From Gemmatimonadota bacterium (lineage in GTDB: Bacteria > Gemmatimonadota > Gemmatimonadetes > Palauibacterales > Palauibacteraceae): 64,000 nucleotides of DNA. Positions 1 to 9,995 of the stretch are shown here, one piece after another. The position numbers and the translations under genes were made by a program. The number at the start of each line of letters is the position of its first letter. Position 1 is the first letter of the stretch. The notes beneath the pieces are model-generated. The model was not told the DNA's origin, did not search any database, and saw nothing but the letters and a program-made list of their open reading frames with translations. The stretch is taken from positions 2,016,001 to 2,080,000 of the forward strand of contig OZ220691.1 in the NCBI GenBank assembly GCA_965116475.1, in the 5' to 3' direction.

Positions 1-1396
1 CGCGGGTCTCGGCGCGCGTGCGGCGGCCGCCTCGGAGTTCGCCGCGGCCGGGGAATCCTCTCGGGCTTTCGGCCTGGCCTGTGACGCGGCGAAGGGGGCT
101 TTGCGGGAGGGCCGGTCGCCGGTGGCGGGTCAGGCGGCGGCGTTGGCGTTCGAGCATGCCACAGCCGGGACCGATCGCCTGCATTCCGGTCTTCTCCTCA
201 CGGAGGCCGAGTTCCAGCGGGGACGGTTTCGGCGGGCCACGAGCGTGCTGCACCAGATTTCTGCCGTCGCGGACACAGGGAACGACCTGGGCCGCGTCCA
301 ACTGGCCCTGGCGCGGGCGGCGGTGGCGGCGGGAGATCGACTCACGACGGGCCTGCACCGACAGAATCTGGCGGAAGCGAGCAGTCAGGCGACCGACCCG
401 GCGCTCCTCCGCGCGCTGGCCGTGCAGACGGCCGTTCTCGATGCGACGGAACCTGCGTCGTCGCGCAGCGGGAGGCCCGGCTTTGAGAGGATCCGAACGC
501 ATCTCCGCGGGGTCGTCCGCGAAGACGTCGACTACGCGGGCGTCTGGTGCGATGCATTCCGGCTCCTCTTCCATCGGGTTGGGGGTCGAAACGGTCTCGC
601 GGAGGCTCGCCTGGTGCTCGAGACCTACCGTCACGGGCTCGGCCGGCTCGGCTACGAGGGTCTCAGGACCGCCACCGCCGCGGAGTTCTGGGTGGCCATG
701 CGGGGGGCGCGTCTTCACGACGCCCTCCAGTTGCTGGAAGACACCTCCAGGACCCCCAGCCAGGACCGGCACGAGAACCGGCACGAGTCCGCGAACCTGA
801 ACAACCGGGGCGCCGTCCTGCTCGAACTCGGCAACTTCGAGCAGGCGCTCGAGGAGCTGGGCCGCTGCCGCGAGATGGACGAGGCGCTCGAGAGTCCACC
901 CCAGGCCCGGGCCTACGCCCTGATGAATCAGGCGCAGTGTTTCTTCTTCAAGGGGGAGTACGCCCGTTCCCGAGAGTACATGGAACAGTTACTCCGGCGT
1001 CCCGGGCACACGGGTCAACATCCGTTTGGGGCGCAAGCATGGGCACTCACCGGACTGCTGGCCATGACCGAGGACGATCAACGCGAAGTCGAGGCCTGCC
1101 TCGAGTTGCTGGGGGATGGCTCCGATGGTGTCGGAGAGAACGACCGCTACCTGGTAACCTGGTTTCGTGCCGCCGCGATGGGCACCCGCGATCGCCGGGA
1201 AACCGTCGCCAACCTCATCGAAGCTGCAGAGCATACCGCCGAAATCGACCGGCTGAGCGCCGAGAAGCTGAGAGTGCTGGCCGGCACCTATTCCCCACCC
1301 AACGGACCCGGCGACCAGCGCGAGGCGTGCGGCTTCCTGCGGTCGGCCGGCGCCTCCTGGTTCGTGCGCTTCGCACACAACTGGCAGCGCGCGTAG
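1..1396 (+). CDS. TPR-repeat protein, 5' partial (probably C-terminus of a large AAA/TPR regulator)
   Basis: Frame is open from position 2 to TAG at 1394-1396. TPR-like helical repeats (ANLNNRGAVLLELGNFEQALEELGRC; AYALMNQAQCFFFKGEYARSREY). Confidence 0.6.
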   Translation, partial: AGLGARAAAASEFAAAGESSRAFGLACDAAKGALREGRSPVAGQAAALAFEHATAGTDRLHSGLLLTEAEFQRGRFRRATSVLHQISAVADTGNDLGRVQLALARAAVAAGDRLTTGLHRQNLAEASSQATDPALLRALAVQTAVLDATEPASSRSGRPGFERIRTHLRGVVREDVDYAGVWCDAFRLLFHRVGGRNGLAEARLVLETYRHGLGRLGYEGLRTATAAEFWVAMRGARLHDALQLLEDTSRTPSQDRHENRHESANLNNRGAVLLELGNFEQALEELGRCREMDEALESPPQARAYALMNQAQCFFFKGEYARSREYMEQLLRRPGHTGQHPFGAQAWALTGLLAMTEDDQREVEACLELLGDGSDGVGENDRYLVTWFRAAAMGTRDRRETVANLIEAAEHTAEIDRLSAEKLRVLAGTYSPPNGPGDQREACGFLRSAGASWFVRFAHNWQRA

Positions 1397-1467
1397 CCCG
1401 GGCTTCCCGCGCCGCGTGACCCGGACGTTCCCGCTGGTGTCCGAATCGGGGTTCTTCGAGCGTTGCT

Positions 1468-1510
1468 ACTACGTACCTAGTTGACAGCGGCGCCCGGTCG
1501 CGTTTACGCT
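1468..1510 (+). promoter_or_regulatory. sigma70-type promoter of blaI operon with candidate BlaI operator
   Basis: TTGACA (1481-1486), 18 nt, TACGCT (1505-1510). Imperfect palindrome ACTACGTACCTAGT (1468-1481) abuts the -35. Confidence 0.5.
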
Positions 1511-1607
1511 GAATCGGGAACGACGCTCCGCCCGGCTCGCCAGCGTCTCGACGGCGGCCGGCCGGGGCAGGCGACGCTGATGGTTCGGGAGGGAAAGGAC
1601 CAGACTG

Positions 1608-1979
1608 GTGGAGATCAAGTTCACGACCCGGGAACTCGACCTCATGGCGGTGCTGTGGGAGAGAGGGGCCTCGACCGTCGCCGAGGTGCAGGAACGCCTC
1701 GGCGATGAACTGGCCTACACCACCGTGCTCACGATCCTCCGGACGCTGGAGGAGAAGGGGTACGTGGGCCACACCCAGGAGGGGAAAGCCTACCGCTACC
1801 ACACGCTCGTGGGGCGCGAATGCGCCGGCGCGAGCGCCGTGCGCCGGCTGGTTCAGAAGATGTTCCAGGGGTCGCCCGAACTGCTGCTCACGCACCTCGT
1901 CTCCGACCGGGCGCTCTCGAAGGAGGACCTCGAGAACCTGCGCGGCATGGTGGACGAACGCCTCAGCTCGAAGGAGTAG
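1608..1979 (+). CDS. blaI: BlaI/MecI/CopY family transcriptional repressor
   Basis: FTTRELDLMAVLWERG...LAYTTVLTILRTLEEKGYV...GKAYRY winged-helix signature; lies directly upstream of M56 genes. Confidence 0.92.
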   Translation: MEIKFTTRELDLMAVLWERGASTVAEVQERLGDELAYTTVLTILRTLEEKGYVGHTQEGKAYRYHTLVGRECAGASAVRRLVQKMFQGSPELLLTHLVSDRALSKEDLENLRGMVDERLSSKE

Positions 1980-1983
1980 GGAC

Positions 1984-4026
1984 ATGGTCATCGCCTGGAT
2001 CGGATACTGCCTGTTGATTTCGGGACTCCTCGCCCTGGCGGCCTTCACCTCGGAGCGGGCGCTCGGCCACTTTCGGAAGCCCGTGCGCTGGGCGTGGTTC
2101 GGGGCGATCGCCGGATCCGTGACGGTGCCCGTGGTCGCCTTCTTCGCGCCCGGACTCCTGCCCGGTTTCGGGGTGTCGCCCGGCGCTTCGGCGGCCGGGC
2201 TGGGCGGTCTGCCGGTCGCAACCACGGCTGCGGAGCTGCCTGCAACGGCCGCGGCGGCCGGTGGAGGTTTCGATGCGGCGGCGGTCGGCACGGTGCTGGC
2301 GTGGGGCTGGTTGCTCCTGGCCATCGCCATGGTCGGCTATCTCGGGCGGATCTACGGCCGGCTGCGGTCGGAGATGCGGACGTGGCGGCCGGGCCGCATC
2401 GCGGGATCGCCGGTCATGATCTCCGACGAGCGGGGGCCCGCCGTCGTCGGGATCCGGCGCTCGGTTGTCGTGATGCCGAAGTGGATCCCCGAACTCGACG
2501 ACCGGCTGCTCCGCCTCGTCTTCCTCCACGAGCGGGAGCATCAGCGCGCCGGCGACCATCGGCTTTTCGCGGCCGCGGTCACCGCGCTCGTCCTGATGCC
2601 CTGGAACCCCGTCGTGTGGTGGCAGGTGTCCCGGCTGCGGCTCGCGATCGAGTTCGACTGCGACCGTCGCGTGCTCGGGCGGGGGGAATCGCGGCGCGAC
2701 TACGCGGACGCCCTCATCACGGTGGGCAGCCGCGTCTCCGGGTCGCTGCTCGCCGCGGCCGCCTTCGCCGAACGGAAGCCGGCCGTCGAACGGCGCCTGC
2801 GCCGCATGACCGAGCCGCCCGCCAACATGCGTCTGCTCCGAACGCTGGGCGCCTCGGGGCTGGCCATGGTCGCCGTCCTCTTCGCGCTGGGCTGCCCCGG
2901 GCCCGAGAGCGGCATGAACGCGCCGGAGCCGCCCGCCGCGACGGTGACGCCACCCTCCGAAGCCAGTGAATGGGTGCCCCCGCTGTTGCCAAGCGAGGAG
3001 GCCGTGGGGCGCGGCGACCGGCCGTCCTTCATCGCGTACGACAGGCCGCCGGTTCTTCAGAACGGCGGCGAAGTGGGAGACGCGCTGGTGCAGGCCTACC
3101 CGCAGGATCTCAAGGAATCGGGCATCGGCGGCCGAGTCGAAATCTGGCTGTACATCGACACCTCCGGCATGGTGCGGAACACGGAACTGAAGACGAGCAG
3201 CGGCAGCGACGCGCTGGACGCCGCCGCCGCCGACGTCGCCGGAGCGATGCGCTTCGAGCCCGCGATGAACCGCGACCAGCCGACCGACGTCTGGGTCTCC
3301 CAGTTCATCACCTTCCAGGTTGCTGGCGGCGCGGACGCACCCCCCGCCCGCCGGGTTTCCGTAGCCGATGAGGGCGCACCCCTCGTCATCGTCGACGGCG
3401 TGATTCAGTCCGAGGGCAGGAGCCTGGAGGACCTGCAGTCCCTCGATATCGACCATGTCGAGATCATCAAGGGACCGAAGGCCGTCGAGCTGTACGGCGA
3501 GCGGGCCGCGAACGGCGTGATCGAAATCACGACCAAGGACGGCGCCGCCGACAGCGATGCCTCGAGCGACGCCCCGGAGGACAAGGTCGACGAGGCCGCC
3601 GATCTCCTGCTCGGAGCCGCCCGCGCCATGGACACCGGGGGCACGGTCGAGGAGGGGCAAGCGTTTGCGGTGAGCGAGGTGACGCCTCGTCCCGCGAGCG
3701 AGCTCACGGCCGAACGAGGCCTCGAGATCGAAGACATCGTTCGCTTTGGAGTTCTCGACGACTCCGACCGGGATGGCCTGCCGGAGGTCCGGATCGTGCC
3801 CCGGCCGGAGAACATGCCCGATCCCCTGATCGTCATCGATGGGGTGATTTCCGACGCCGCGGGGCTATCGGAACTCGGCCGACTCGACATCGATCATGTC
3901 ACAATCGTGAAAGGTACGCGTGCCCGGCAGGCGTACGGAGAACGGGCCGGACACGGCGTGATCGAAATCACGACGAAAGCGGGCGCGCACGACAGCGGCT
4001 CGCAGGACAGCGGCTCGAAGGAGTAG
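1984..4026 (+). CDS. BlaR1/M56 metallopeptidase sensor with TonB C-terminal domain and two TBDR-plug-like repeats
   Basis: N-terminal TM helices; HEREH zinc motif, PWNP..W, IEFDCDRRV; TonB_C (GIGGRVEIWLYID...LDAAA...MRFEPA); two copies of PL.I.DGVI...DIDHV.I.KG..A...YGERA..GVIEITTK. SD AAGGAG before ATG 1984. Confidence 0.85.
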   Translation: MVIAWIGYCLLISGLLALAAFTSERALGHFRKPVRWAWFGAIAGSVTVPVVAFFAPGLLPGFGVSPGASAAGLGGLPVATTAAELPATAAAAGGGFDAAAVGTVLAWGWLLLAIAMVGYLGRIYGRLRSEMRTWRPGRIAGSPVMISDERGPAVVGIRRSVVVMPKWIPELDDRLLRLVFLHEREHQRAGDHRLFAAAVTALVLMPWNPVVWWQVSRLRLAIEFDCDRRVLGRGESRRDYADALITVGSRVSGSLLAAAAFAERKPAVERRLRRMTEPPANMRLLRTLGASGLAMVAVLFALGCPGPESGMNAPEPPAATVTPPSEASEWVPPLLPSEEAVGRGDRPSFIAYDRPPVLQNGGEVGDALVQAYPQDLKESGIGGRVEIWLYIDTSGMVRNTELKTSSGSDALDAAAADVAGAMRFEPAMNRDQPTDVWVSQFITFQVAGGADAPPARRVSVADEGAPLVIVDGVIQSEGRSLEDLQSLDIDHVEIIKGPKAVELYGERAANGVIEITTKDGAADSDASSDAPEDKVDEAADLLLGAARAMDTGGTVEEGQAFAVSEVTPRPASELTAERGLEIEDIVRFGVLDDSDRDGLPEVRIVPRPENMPDPLIVIDGVISDAAGLSELGRLDIDHVTIVKGTRARQAYGERAGHGVIEITTKAGAHDSGSQDSGSKE

Positions 4027-4030
4027 GGAC

Positions 4031-5362
4031 ATGGTCATCGTCTGGATCGGATACTGCCTGCTGATTTCGGGGCTCCTCGCCCTCGCCGCCTTCGCGAGCG
4101 AGCGGGCGCTGGGTCACTTCCGGAAGCCGGTGCGCTGGGGCTGGTTCGCGACCGTCGTCGGCTCCGTGACGCTCCCGTTCGCGGCCTTTCTCGCTCCCGG
4201 CCTCTTCCCGGGCTTCGGAGCGGCGCCGTGGGCCCCTCTCGTGAGGCTGAGTGAGGCCGTCGTCGTGAGCTCCGCTCCCGCCGCGCCCGAGGCGGCGGGA
4301 TCTGCGGCGTGGTTCGACGCCGGCGCGCTGGGCGTGCTCGCGGGTGGGGTCTGGATACTGCTCGTGGCGGGGATGCTCTTCCACCTCGGGCGGGCGTACC
4401 GGCGCCTGCGGTCGGAGATGCGGACGTGGACGCCGGGTCGGGTCCTCGGATCGCCGGTCATGATCGCGGACGACCGGGGCCCCGCCGTGGTCGGAATCCG
4501 GCGCCCCGTCGTCGTGATGCCGCGGTGGATTCCCGAACTCGAGGACAGGCTGCTGCGACTGGTCTTCCTGCACGAGCGCGAACACCAGCGCGCCGGCGAC
4601 CACCGCCTGTTCGCCGTCGCGGTCGCGGCTCTCGTGCTGATGCCGTGGAACCTCTTCCTGTGGTGGCAGGTTTCCCGGCTGCGCCTGGCGATCGAGTTCG
4701 ACTGCGACCGTCGCGTGCTGGAGCGGGGCGAGTCTCCGCGCGACTACGCGGATGCCCTCATCACGGTGGGCGGCCGTGTCTCCGCGCCCCTGCTGGCCGC
4801 GGCCGCCTTCGCCGAACGCAAGCCGGCCGTGGAGCAGCGGCTGCGCCGCATGACCGAACCGCTGGCCCGGCTCCGCATTCCGAGAACCCTGGGAGCATCG
4901 GGCGTGGCCGCGCTCGCCATCATCCTCGTCCTGGGCGTCCCGCAGCCCGAGGCGCCGATGGACGCGCCCGCGCCCGCGGCAGATGCTGTCCGGAGTCGCG
5001 ATATCGAGGAGAACCCGCTGGTCCGCCTTGCCGAGAGAGCCGCGCAGGCGGACCGGCCCACGTTCGTCGCGTACGACACGCCGCCGGTTCTTCAGAACGG
5101 AAGCGAGATCCAGCAGGTGCTCGAGCGGGCTTATCCGAGAGCCCTGAAGGAGGCGGGTATCGGCGGCCGGGTCGAAATGTGGCTGTACGTCGACCTGTCC
5201 GGCGCCGTGGCCAACCAGGAGATCAAGACGAGCAGCGACAACGACGCGCTGGACCGCGCCGCCATGGAAGTCGCCGCGCAGATGCGGTTCCGCCCCGCAA
5301 GGAACCAGGGTGAACCGACCGCCGTCTGGGTCTCCCAGTGGGTGACCTTCCAGGTGATCTAG
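4031..5362 (+). CDS. BlaR1/M56 metallopeptidase with TonB C-terminal domain (tandem paralog, no plug repeats)
   Basis: HEREH, IEFDCDRRV and TonB_C; closely similar to the N-terminal two thirds of 1984-4026. Confidence 0.85.
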   Translation: MVIVWIGYCLLISGLLALAAFASERALGHFRKPVRWGWFATVVGSVTLPFAAFLAPGLFPGFGAAPWAPLVRLSEAVVVSSAPAAPEAAGSAAWFDAGALGVLAGGVWILLVAGMLFHLGRAYRRLRSEMRTWTPGRVLGSPVMIADDRGPAVVGIRRPVVVMPRWIPELEDRLLRLVFLHEREHQRAGDHRLFAVAVAALVLMPWNLFLWWQVSRLRLAIEFDCDRRVLERGESPRDYADALITVGGRVSAPLLAAAAFAERKPAVEQRLRRMTEPLARLRIPRTLGASGVAALAIILVLGVPQPEAPMDAPAPAADAVRSRDIEENPLVRLAERAAQADRPTFVAYDTPPVLQNGSEIQQVLERAYPRALKEAGIGGRVEMWLYVDLSGAVANQEIKTSSDNDALDRAAMEVAAQMRFRPARNQGEPTAVWVSQWVTFQVI

Positions 5363-5399
5363 CTGTAGATCGCAAGGCCGTTGGTAACCCTCACGCCGC

Positions 5400-5520
5400 C
5401 AACGGCCTGCTGTCACGGTGCCGTCCGGGCCGCGCTTCACCTCCACGGTTGCCGCGTCGCAGGCGAGACGCCGGGACGTTCCCGCGGGAACGTGTGAGCC
5501 CTCCTCCGTGGCCAGGATTT
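5400..5520 (-). pseudogene. Relic fragment of a DUF222/HNH endonuclease-type gene
   Basis: Minus-strand translation EEGSHVPAGTSRRLACDAATVEVKRGPDGTVTAGR resembles the VPAET.RRLACDA...G.V...GR segment preceding the HNH domain in DUF222 proteins. No start or HNH domain is retained. Confidence 0.5.
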
Positions 5521-5669
5521 CGGGGCCGCCGGCCACGGTGTGGAGCGCCAGCGCCCGGTCGAATCCTCGAAAGTGACGCGAACGCGGGTTGCCCCGTCTA
5601 CTCACGGGCGGTGGCATGGTCTATTCTCCCGGTCCGGGTCCCGGACCATTCAACCTCGCGGACGTTCAC

Positions 5670-7076
5670 ATGACACAAACCCGTGCCTTCCTGTTCGCCG
5701 TCGCGCTGGCAGCGATCCCGGGCCTGAATCCCGCCGGCATGGCGGCTCAGGAGGCGGTGGAGGTCGCCGGGACCGTCGTTGACGACGGGACGGGCGAGCC
5801 GCTCGAGGGCGCGACCGTTCGGTTGGCCGACGCAGCGGGTTCGGCGCGCGAAACCATCACGGGGCCGGACGGCGCCTTCGCCTTCGCCCAGGTTGCGCCG
5901 GGCACCTACACCCTCGCCGTGCGGCGCTTCGGGTACGAACTGCTCAGTACGCCGCTGGAAATCGGCGCGCAGGCCCCCCCGCGGTTGGACGTACGCCTCA
6001 CCCCGCAGGCGATCCCGCTGGAGCCGCTGGAAGTCGGCGTCGAAGGCCGCCCGCCCGACCTCGTGGAGTCCGGCTTCTACGATCGAATGGAAGAAGGCTG
6101 GGGGACGTTCTTCGAGCCCGAATGGATCGAGGCCAGCAAGGTCGGCTTCGTACGACTGCGGGACTACCTGTGGGTCCTCCAGAACCGCGCGCCCCTGTCC
6201 CGGTGCGAGAAGGTCCCGGTTTATCTCGACCGGAGGCCGGTCGGCACGACCCCCGGATGGGGGACGGACGATTCGTATCCGGGAGGGATCTTCACTGTCG
6301 CGTTGGATCGTCTTCCCCCGCTGCTCGAAGAGATGTCGGTGTCCGATCTCGGCGCGGCCGAGGTCTACCAGCCGGGAACGAAGATTCCGATGTTCGCCTG
6401 GACCTTTACGACCGCGGTTTGCGGCGCGGTCATCCTGTGGTCCGACTGGACGGCGCGCCTGCCGGAGATCCCGAAGATCGAGGTGAAGTTGTGCGAGTCG
6501 CGTGGCCGCCCCGGCGAGGTCGCGCTCGATGGCTTCGTGGAGGACGAAGTGACCGAAGTCAGGTTGCCCGCCGCGCATGTGTCCGCGTCGCACGCTAATC
6601 CCGACGATCCCGGCGGCCTCGAGCGGGTGGAAACGGTCGTCCGCACGGACTCGCTCGGACGGTATCGCGTGTGCGACCTGCCGGAGGGCGCCGTCATCCA
6701 TCTGACTCCAGAGTACGGCCCGCACGCGGGCGGGCCGTTGGTTGCGCTTGCGGCGGCGGGCGGCGACGCGCTGAAGCTGACGGTGCCGGTAACGTCTCCG
6801 GCTACGATCACCGGCATGGTCCTCAACGAGGCGACCTCGGCGCTGATCGAGGGCGCGCGGATCGTGCTCGTCGATACGGACTTCCGTACGGTGACGAACG
6901 CCGCGGGACGATTCTCCCTCGAGGACCTTCCGCCGGGGTCCTACAGGGTACGGGCCGTGTGCGCCGGCTATACGGGCGCCCCGCAAGAGGTGGAACTGGC
7001 CGAGGGAGGGAATATCGCCGTGGTCATCCGCCTACGCGCGACGGATCTCGCGAGACGCGGAACATGCTCCATCTAA
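5670..7076 (+). CDS. Secreted protein: CarboxypepD_reg-like domains plus barrel-less plug-like domain
   Basis: Signal peptide; GTVVDDGTGEPLEGATVRL...TGPDGAFAF..V.PGTYTL.V.R.GY; GFYDR; AAEVY....CGAVILW; further Ig-like repeats. Confidence 0.75.
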   Translation: MTQTRAFLFAVALAAIPGLNPAGMAAQEAVEVAGTVVDDGTGEPLEGATVRLADAAGSARETITGPDGAFAFAQVAPGTYTLAVRRFGYELLSTPLEIGAQAPPRLDVRLTPQAIPLEPLEVGVEGRPPDLVESGFYDRMEEGWGTFFEPEWIEASKVGFVRLRDYLWVLQNRAPLSRCEKVPVYLDRRPVGTTPGWGTDDSYPGGIFTVALDRLPPLLEEMSVSDLGAAEVYQPGTKIPMFAWTFTTAVCGAVILWSDWTARLPEIPKIEVKLCESRGRPGEVALDGFVEDEVTEVRLPAAHVSASHANPDDPGGLERVETVVRTDSLGRYRVCDLPEGAVIHLTPEYGPHAGGPLVALAAAGGDALKLTVPVTSPATITGMVLNEATSALIEGARIVLVDTDFRTVTNAAGRFSLEDLPPGSYRVRAVCAGYTGAPQEVELAEGGNIAVVIRLRATDLARRGTCSI

Positions 7077-7095
7077 TCCGAGGGAGCCGCCGCGG

Positions 7096-8511
7096 ATGAC
7101 GAACAGGGCGCCGGTGCTGGCTCTGGCCATCGTCCTTGCGGCGGGGAACGCGATCTCGTCCGATGCCGTGAGCGCCCAGGAGGCGGTCCGGATCCAGGGC
7201 ACCGTCGTTGACGACGGGACGGGCGAGCCGATCGATGGCGCGACGGTCCGGCTGGCCGACGCGTCCGGTTCCGCCCGCGAAACCATCACCGGACCGGATG
7301 GCACCTTCGCGTTCGCCGAAGTTGCGCCGGGCACCTACACGCTCGCCGTGCGGCGCTTCGGGTACGAACTGCTCAGCACGCCGCTCGAGATCGGCGCGCA
7401 GGCGCCCCCGCGACTGGACGTACGCCTGACCCCGCAGGCGATCCCGCTGGAGCCGCTGGAAGTTGGCGTGGAAGGCCGCCCACCCCGCCTCGTAGAGTCC
7501 GGCTTCTACGACCGAATGGAGGAAGGGTGGGGCGTATTCCTCGAGCCGCAGTGGATCGAAGCCAACACGCGAGGCTTCGTGCGTCTCGCCGACTTCATGT
7601 CCACACTCCAGCTGCGCGCCCCTCTACCGCGGTGCGACAGGATACCGGTGTACCTCGACCGGAGGCGGGTCGGACTGGCGGACGGCTCGGGAACGAGCCG
7701 GTCGTACTCGTTGAATCCGGCGGGGACTTTCCGTTCTCCGGTGGGACCGCCCCCGACGCTGCTGGAAGAACTCTCGGTCACCGATGTCGGCGCCGCGGAG
7801 GTGTATCAGCCTGGCTCAAAGGTTCCGTTCTTCGCCTGGGACGACCTCACCATGACCTGCGGCGCGATCATCCTGTGGTCCAACTGGACGGCGGATACGC
7901 CTGAGATACCGCGGATCGAGGTCGAGCTGTGCGAGCCGGCCGGCCGACCCGGCAACGTGGCGGTGAACGGCTTGGTGGAAGATGAAGTGACCCGGGTCCG
8001 GCTACCCGCCGCGCATGTGTTCGCGTCTTACGCAAATCCCGGGGATCCGACCGGCCTCGAACGCGTGGAAACGGTGGTCCGCACGGACTCGCTCGGACGG
8101 TACCGGCTGTGCGAAGTCCCGGCCGACGAGACCCTGGAATTGACGGCCGCCTACGGTCCTCACCGTGGGGAGCCCTCGACGGTCGTCGCCGAGGCGGGCG
8201 TCGAGGCAGGGCTCGCCGTGACCGTGACCTCGCCCGGGGCGATCACGGGCGTCGTGGTGAACGAGCGCACCGAACATCCGCTCGAGGCCGCCAGCGTGAC
8301 GGTGGCCGGCACGGATGTCCGCGCCACGACCGATCGAGCCGGCCGATTCTCGCTGGAGGGGTTGTCGCCCGGCACCTACAGGATCACCGCCCTCTGCGGG
8401 GGCTTCGACCTCAGAGTGCGAGAAGTGGAACTCGCCGAGGGGCAGCAGGCAAGCGTCGTGATCGGCCTCCGGTCGAAGGGAGCGGCAAGCCGGACGCGCT
8501 GCTCCGCCTGA
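7096..8511 (+). CDS. Secreted CarboxypepD_reg/plug-like protein (tandem paralog of 5670-7076)
   Basis: Same architecture; N-terminal domain nearly identical at DNA level. Confidence 0.75.
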   Translation: MTNRAPVLALAIVLAAGNAISSDAVSAQEAVRIQGTVVDDGTGEPIDGATVRLADASGSARETITGPDGTFAFAEVAPGTYTLAVRRFGYELLSTPLEIGAQAPPRLDVRLTPQAIPLEPLEVGVEGRPPRLVESGFYDRMEEGWGVFLEPQWIEANTRGFVRLADFMSTLQLRAPLPRCDRIPVYLDRRRVGLADGSGTSRSYSLNPAGTFRSPVGPPPTLLEELSVTDVGAAEVYQPGSKVPFFAWDDLTMTCGAIILWSNWTADTPEIPRIEVELCEPAGRPGNVAVNGLVEDEVTRVRLPAAHVFASYANPGDPTGLERVETVVRTDSLGRYRLCEVPADETLELTAAYGPHRGEPSTVVAEAGVEAGLAVTVTSPGAITGVVVNERTEHPLEAASVTVAGTDVRATTDRAGRFSLEGLSPGTYRITALCGGFDLRVREVELAEGQQASVVIGLRSKGAASRTRCSA

Positions 8512-8530
8512 CGGGCCGCGACCAGCGAAG

Positions 8531-9958
8531 CTACACCACCTTCTGCTTCCAGTGGCCGCGGCGGAAGATCCAGAGGCCGACGACGGCCGACAGCGAGTAG
8601 GCGACCGCGAACGACCAGAACACGCCCGTCTCGCCCCACCCGACGCGGAACGCGAGCAGCGCCGCGACGGGAAGCTGGAAGAACCAGAACACCCAGATGT
8701 TGATCCAGGTCGGCGTCGCCGTGTCGCCCGCGCCGTTGAAGGCCTGCATCGTCACCATGCCCCAGGCATAGAAGATGTAGCCGTAGCTGATGATCCGGAG
8801 CGCGCGCACGCCCACGTCGAGCGTCTCCGGGTCCGGGGCGAACGGCGCCAGGATCGGCCCCGGGAACGCCACGAAGACCACCGTCACCACGGCCATGAAC
8901 AGCATGTTCCACAAGCCGGTGAGGTAGACGGCCCGCTCGGCGCGGTCGGGCCTCTCGGCACCGAGGTTCTGGCCCACGAGCGTGGCGGCGGCGTTCGCGA
9001 GGCCCCAGGCGGGGAGGATGATGAAGATGACCACGCGGATCGCCATGGTGTAGCCCGCGAGGGCGATCGTCCCGAACTCGGACAATATCCGGATCGAGGC
9101 GATGTAGCTGACCTGGGTCACGAGCATCTGTCCCACGCCGCCGACCGACACCTCCGCGAGCCGCTGGATCACGGGCCAGTGGACCCGGAGGTCGTCCCGC
9201 CGCACCCGGACGCGCTCGCCGCGCGACAGGTGCCACAACTGGTACAGGGCCCCGATCCCGCGCCCGGTCGTCGTGGCCACTGCGGCCCCCGGGAGTCCGA
9301 GTTCCGGGAAGATCCAGAGGCCGAACACGAGCACGGGATCGAGCACGATGTTGATCCCGTTGGCCAGCCACACGGAACGCATCGCCATCGACGGGTCGCC
9401 CGCCCCCCGGTAGATCGCGTTGTTCACGAAGAGAAGGATGATGACGACCATCCCGCCCAGCTGGATGCGGGCGTAGGTGGTGCCTTGGGCGACGACTTCG
9501 GGTGAGCCGCCCATGACCCGAAGCAGCCACGGGGCCAGAATCGCGCCTGCGAGTCCGAGGACCGCGGCGATGCCGACGCTCAGCACGATCGCCTGCACGG
9601 CGGCCGTCGCCGCCCCCCGCCCGTCCTTCTCGCCCGTCCGGCGCGCGACCATCGCCGTAGTGGACATCGCGAGTCCCATCGCGACCGAGTAGATGACCGC
9701 CAGCATCGCTTCGGTGAGCGCGATCGCGGCGAGCGCGTCGGCGCCGAGCCGGCTGACGACCGCCATGTCCACGAGGAAAAAGAGCGACTCCCCCGCCATC
9801 TCGAGCACCATGGGGATGGCGAGCAGGAGCACGCCGCGGTTCAGACTCCCCGATGTGAAGTCCTCCTGCGTGCCCCACAGCAGCGCCCGCGCCGTATCCC
9901 ACACTCGGGAGCGGCCGGGAGCCGCAGCTTCCCCTTCGGGCCGGCCGGTGTCGCTCAA
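8531..9958 (-). CDS. MATE family efflux transporter
   Basis: About 12 TM; LAIPMVLEM, RGAGD, NIVLDPVLVFG, VGQNLGA, AFNGAGDT motifs. Confidence 0.92.
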   Translation of the reverse strand: MSDTGRPEGEAAAPGRSRVWDTARALLWGTQEDFTSGSLNRGVLLLAIPMVLEMAGESLFFLVDMAVVSRLGADALAAIALTEAMLAVIYSVAMGLAMSTTAMVARRTGEKDGRGAATAAVQAIVLSVGIAAVLGLAGAILAPWLLRVMGGSPEVVAQGTTYARIQLGGMVVIILLFVNNAIYRGAGDPSMAMRSVWLANGINIVLDPVLVFGLWIFPELGLPGAAVATTTGRGIGALYQLWHLSRGERVRVRRDDLRVHWPVIQRLAEVSVGGVGQMLVTQVSYIASIRILSEFGTIALAGYTMAIRVVIFIILPAWGLANAAATLVGQNLGAERPDRAERAVYLTGLWNMLFMAVVTVVFVAFPGPILAPFAPDPETLDVGVRALRIISYGYIFYAWGMVTMQAFNGAGDTATPTWINIWVFWFFQLPVAALLAFRVGWGETGVFWSFAVAYSLSAVVGLWIFRRGHWKQKVV

Positions 9959-9995
9959 GGAATCGTCCTGTCGGGAGGAAAGCGGTCTCGGGGCG

